Source: Candidatus Lokiarchaeum ossiferum
GTDB taxonomy: Archaea > Asgardarchaeota > Lokiarchaeia > Sigyniarchaeales > Promethearchaeaceae
Assembly: GCA_025839675.1 (NCBI GenBank)
Contig: CP104013.1
Coordinates: forward strand, 360,001-392,000
Reading direction: 5' to 3'
Length of the DNA stretch: 32,000 bases
How positions within the stretch are numbered: position 1 is the stretch's first letter; each line of letters starts with the position of its first letter. Both the position numbers and the translations under genes were made by a program. The notes under the pieces are model-generated. The model saw only the letters and a program-made list of their open reading frames with translations. It had not been told where the DNA came from and ran no database searches. Shown here piece after piece: positions 31,109-32,000 of this stretch.

Positions 31109-32000
31109 ATGCCTTTAGATCCCAAAAAAATTTTGGAATTATATGAAAAAGCGGAGAAGTTATATCTAACAGATCCAATTGAAGCGGAAAAAATTTACGA
31201 AAAATTACTTCTTCAAGATACAAATCAACAACAAATTGTGAGATATAATATTAAACTGGGATCTATTAAAGAGAAGAAAGGAGAGAATGAGGAAGCAAGG
31301 AAGTTATTCTTAGAAGCAAAATCAATTTCCGAGAAAATGGGATATCAATTTGAACTCGCAGAAGTTCTCCATGAAATAAGCAATTTTTCAATGAATGAAG
31401 GAAAATTGGATAAATCGATAAAATTAGCGAAGGAAGCTCTAAATATATTTCTAAGTTTGGAAAAAAAAGATGAAGAAATTAAAACCAGAACCACTTTAGC
31501 CTATGTTCTATATTTAAACGCCCAAATTGATGAGGCAAGAAATTTATTTGATGAAAATATTGAGAAAGTTAACGATAAAAGGGTATCAACTATGCAAAAA
31601 GCACGACTTTTTAATAGTTGTGGGTGTTTCTATGAGTCCGAAGGTAATGTTGAAAAAACTACTGCTTTTTATGAGAAAGCAAATAAATTATTCAATGAAA
31701 TAGGCGCAACAAGAGGTATTTGTGTGACTTTGGCAAATCTTGGAGAAAGTTATTTATTGACAGGAGAAATGAAGAAAGCAGAAAATGCATTTCTTAGAGG
31801 GATTGCTATAGCCAAGAAATACCAATATTATAACCTTCATACAGTTCTATTAGGAGGCTATGCCAATTATTTTATGAATTTAGGAGATTTACAAAGTGCT
31901 CAAATTCATTTTGAAAAATCTATGAAAATGCTTGAATCTACTCAGCGATACCGATCTAAAGAAGAAACTCTTTACAAGTATTCATTATATTGGATGATGA
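31109..32000 (+). CDS. TPR-repeat protein, 3'-partial (absent from the ORF track because it has no stop in the window)
   Basis: I translated by hand from the ATG at 31109 (MPLDPKKILELYEKAEKLYLTDPIEAEKIYEKLL...) and the frame stays open to the window end (297 codons). It has repeated TPR-like hairpins ('CGCFYESEGNVEKTTAFYEKANKLF', 'LANLGESYLLTGEMKKAENAFLRGIAIA'). Confidence 0.7.
   Translation, partial: MPLDPKKILELYEKAEKLYLTDPIEAEKIYEKLLLQDTNQQQIVRYNIKLGSIKEKKGENEEARKLFLEAKSISEKMGYQFELAEVLHEISNFSMNEGKLDKSIKLAKEALNIFLSLEKKDEEIKTRTTLAYVLYLNAQIDEARNLFDENIEKVNDKRVSTMQKARLFNSCGCFYESEGNVEKTTAFYEKANKLFNEIGATRGICVTLANLGESYLLTGEMKKAENAFLRGIAIAKKYQYYNLHTVLLGGYANYFMNLGDLQSAQIHFEKSMKMLESTQRYRSKEETLYKYSLYWMM

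Noticed and set aside
30865-31125. 86-aa minus-strand ORF between hcp and the TPR gene
   Set aside because: It overlaps the hcp 5' end and the start of the hand-translated TPR gene (ATG at 31109). Its sequence is low-complexity and has no motif. The region is more plausibly the divergent hcp/TPR promoter.
1-32000. Search for mobile elements, prophage or defence genes, CRISPR arrays and rRNA/tRNA genes
   Set aside because: No transposase, integrase, nuclease or ATPase defence-type ORFs were seen. No spaced direct repeats or GC-rich structured RNA islands were seen on either strand. The accessory-looking content here is metal(loid) and redox related, not defence or mobile DNA.

Overview
This window is AT-rich (roughly one-third G+C by eye, not computed) and gene-dense, with about 34 credible CDS. 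I found no rRNA, tRNA, CRISPR array, transposase or integrase. The gene content suggests an anaerobic archaeon: Bat-type HTH_10 regulators, an FTR-like disulfide reductase, a flavodiiron protein, a hybrid-cluster protein, GGTG/AGGT ribosome-binding motifs and oligo-T tracts after genes. The very AT-rich, K/N/I-rich proteome, a MIF homologue and a possible longin-like protein fit an Asgard/Lokiarchaeia-like genome, but that is inference only. Gene order, left to right: (i) an acyl/aromatic-acid metabolism block: HPPD-like dioxygenase, MIF-type tautomerase, acyl-CoA synthetase, DinB, MDR oxidoreductase and an acyl-CoA dehydrogenase fused to a rubredoxin-like domain. (ii) A divergent O2/NO/thiol redox island: flavodiiron FprA, FTR-like protein, two Grx/Trx-fold proteins and an NROR-like flavoprotein. 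(iii) A large hybrid sensor kinase. (iv) The most interesting locus (13.7-18.9 kb): a divergent arsR (CVC metalloid site) facing a tightly packed minus-strand gene string. That string is ACR3 arsenite exporter -> class-I SAM methyltransferase fused to an HgcA-like Cys-on corrinoid/transmembrane protein -> HgcB-like 2x[4Fe-4S] ferredoxin with a Cys-rich tail -> CDF transporter with three tandem cytoplasmic domains. I read it as a candidate self-contained, SAM-fed, corrinoid-dependent metal(loid) methylation/export system. It is distinct from both canonical HgcAB and ArsM. (v) Pirin, cupin and a zinc-ribbon protein, plus two paralogous TPR + HTH_10 regulator modules that flank redox genes (a NapH-like membrane polyferredoxin and hcp). 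This block also holds an NTF2-like protein, a PaaI thioesterase, an Fe-S protein, a DUF1566 surface protein and a 3'-partial TPR gene that is missing from the ORF track. Several ORF-track starts are TTG/GTG artefacts. An ATG preceded by a GGTG-type motif lies a few codons downstream, and I adjusted those starts.
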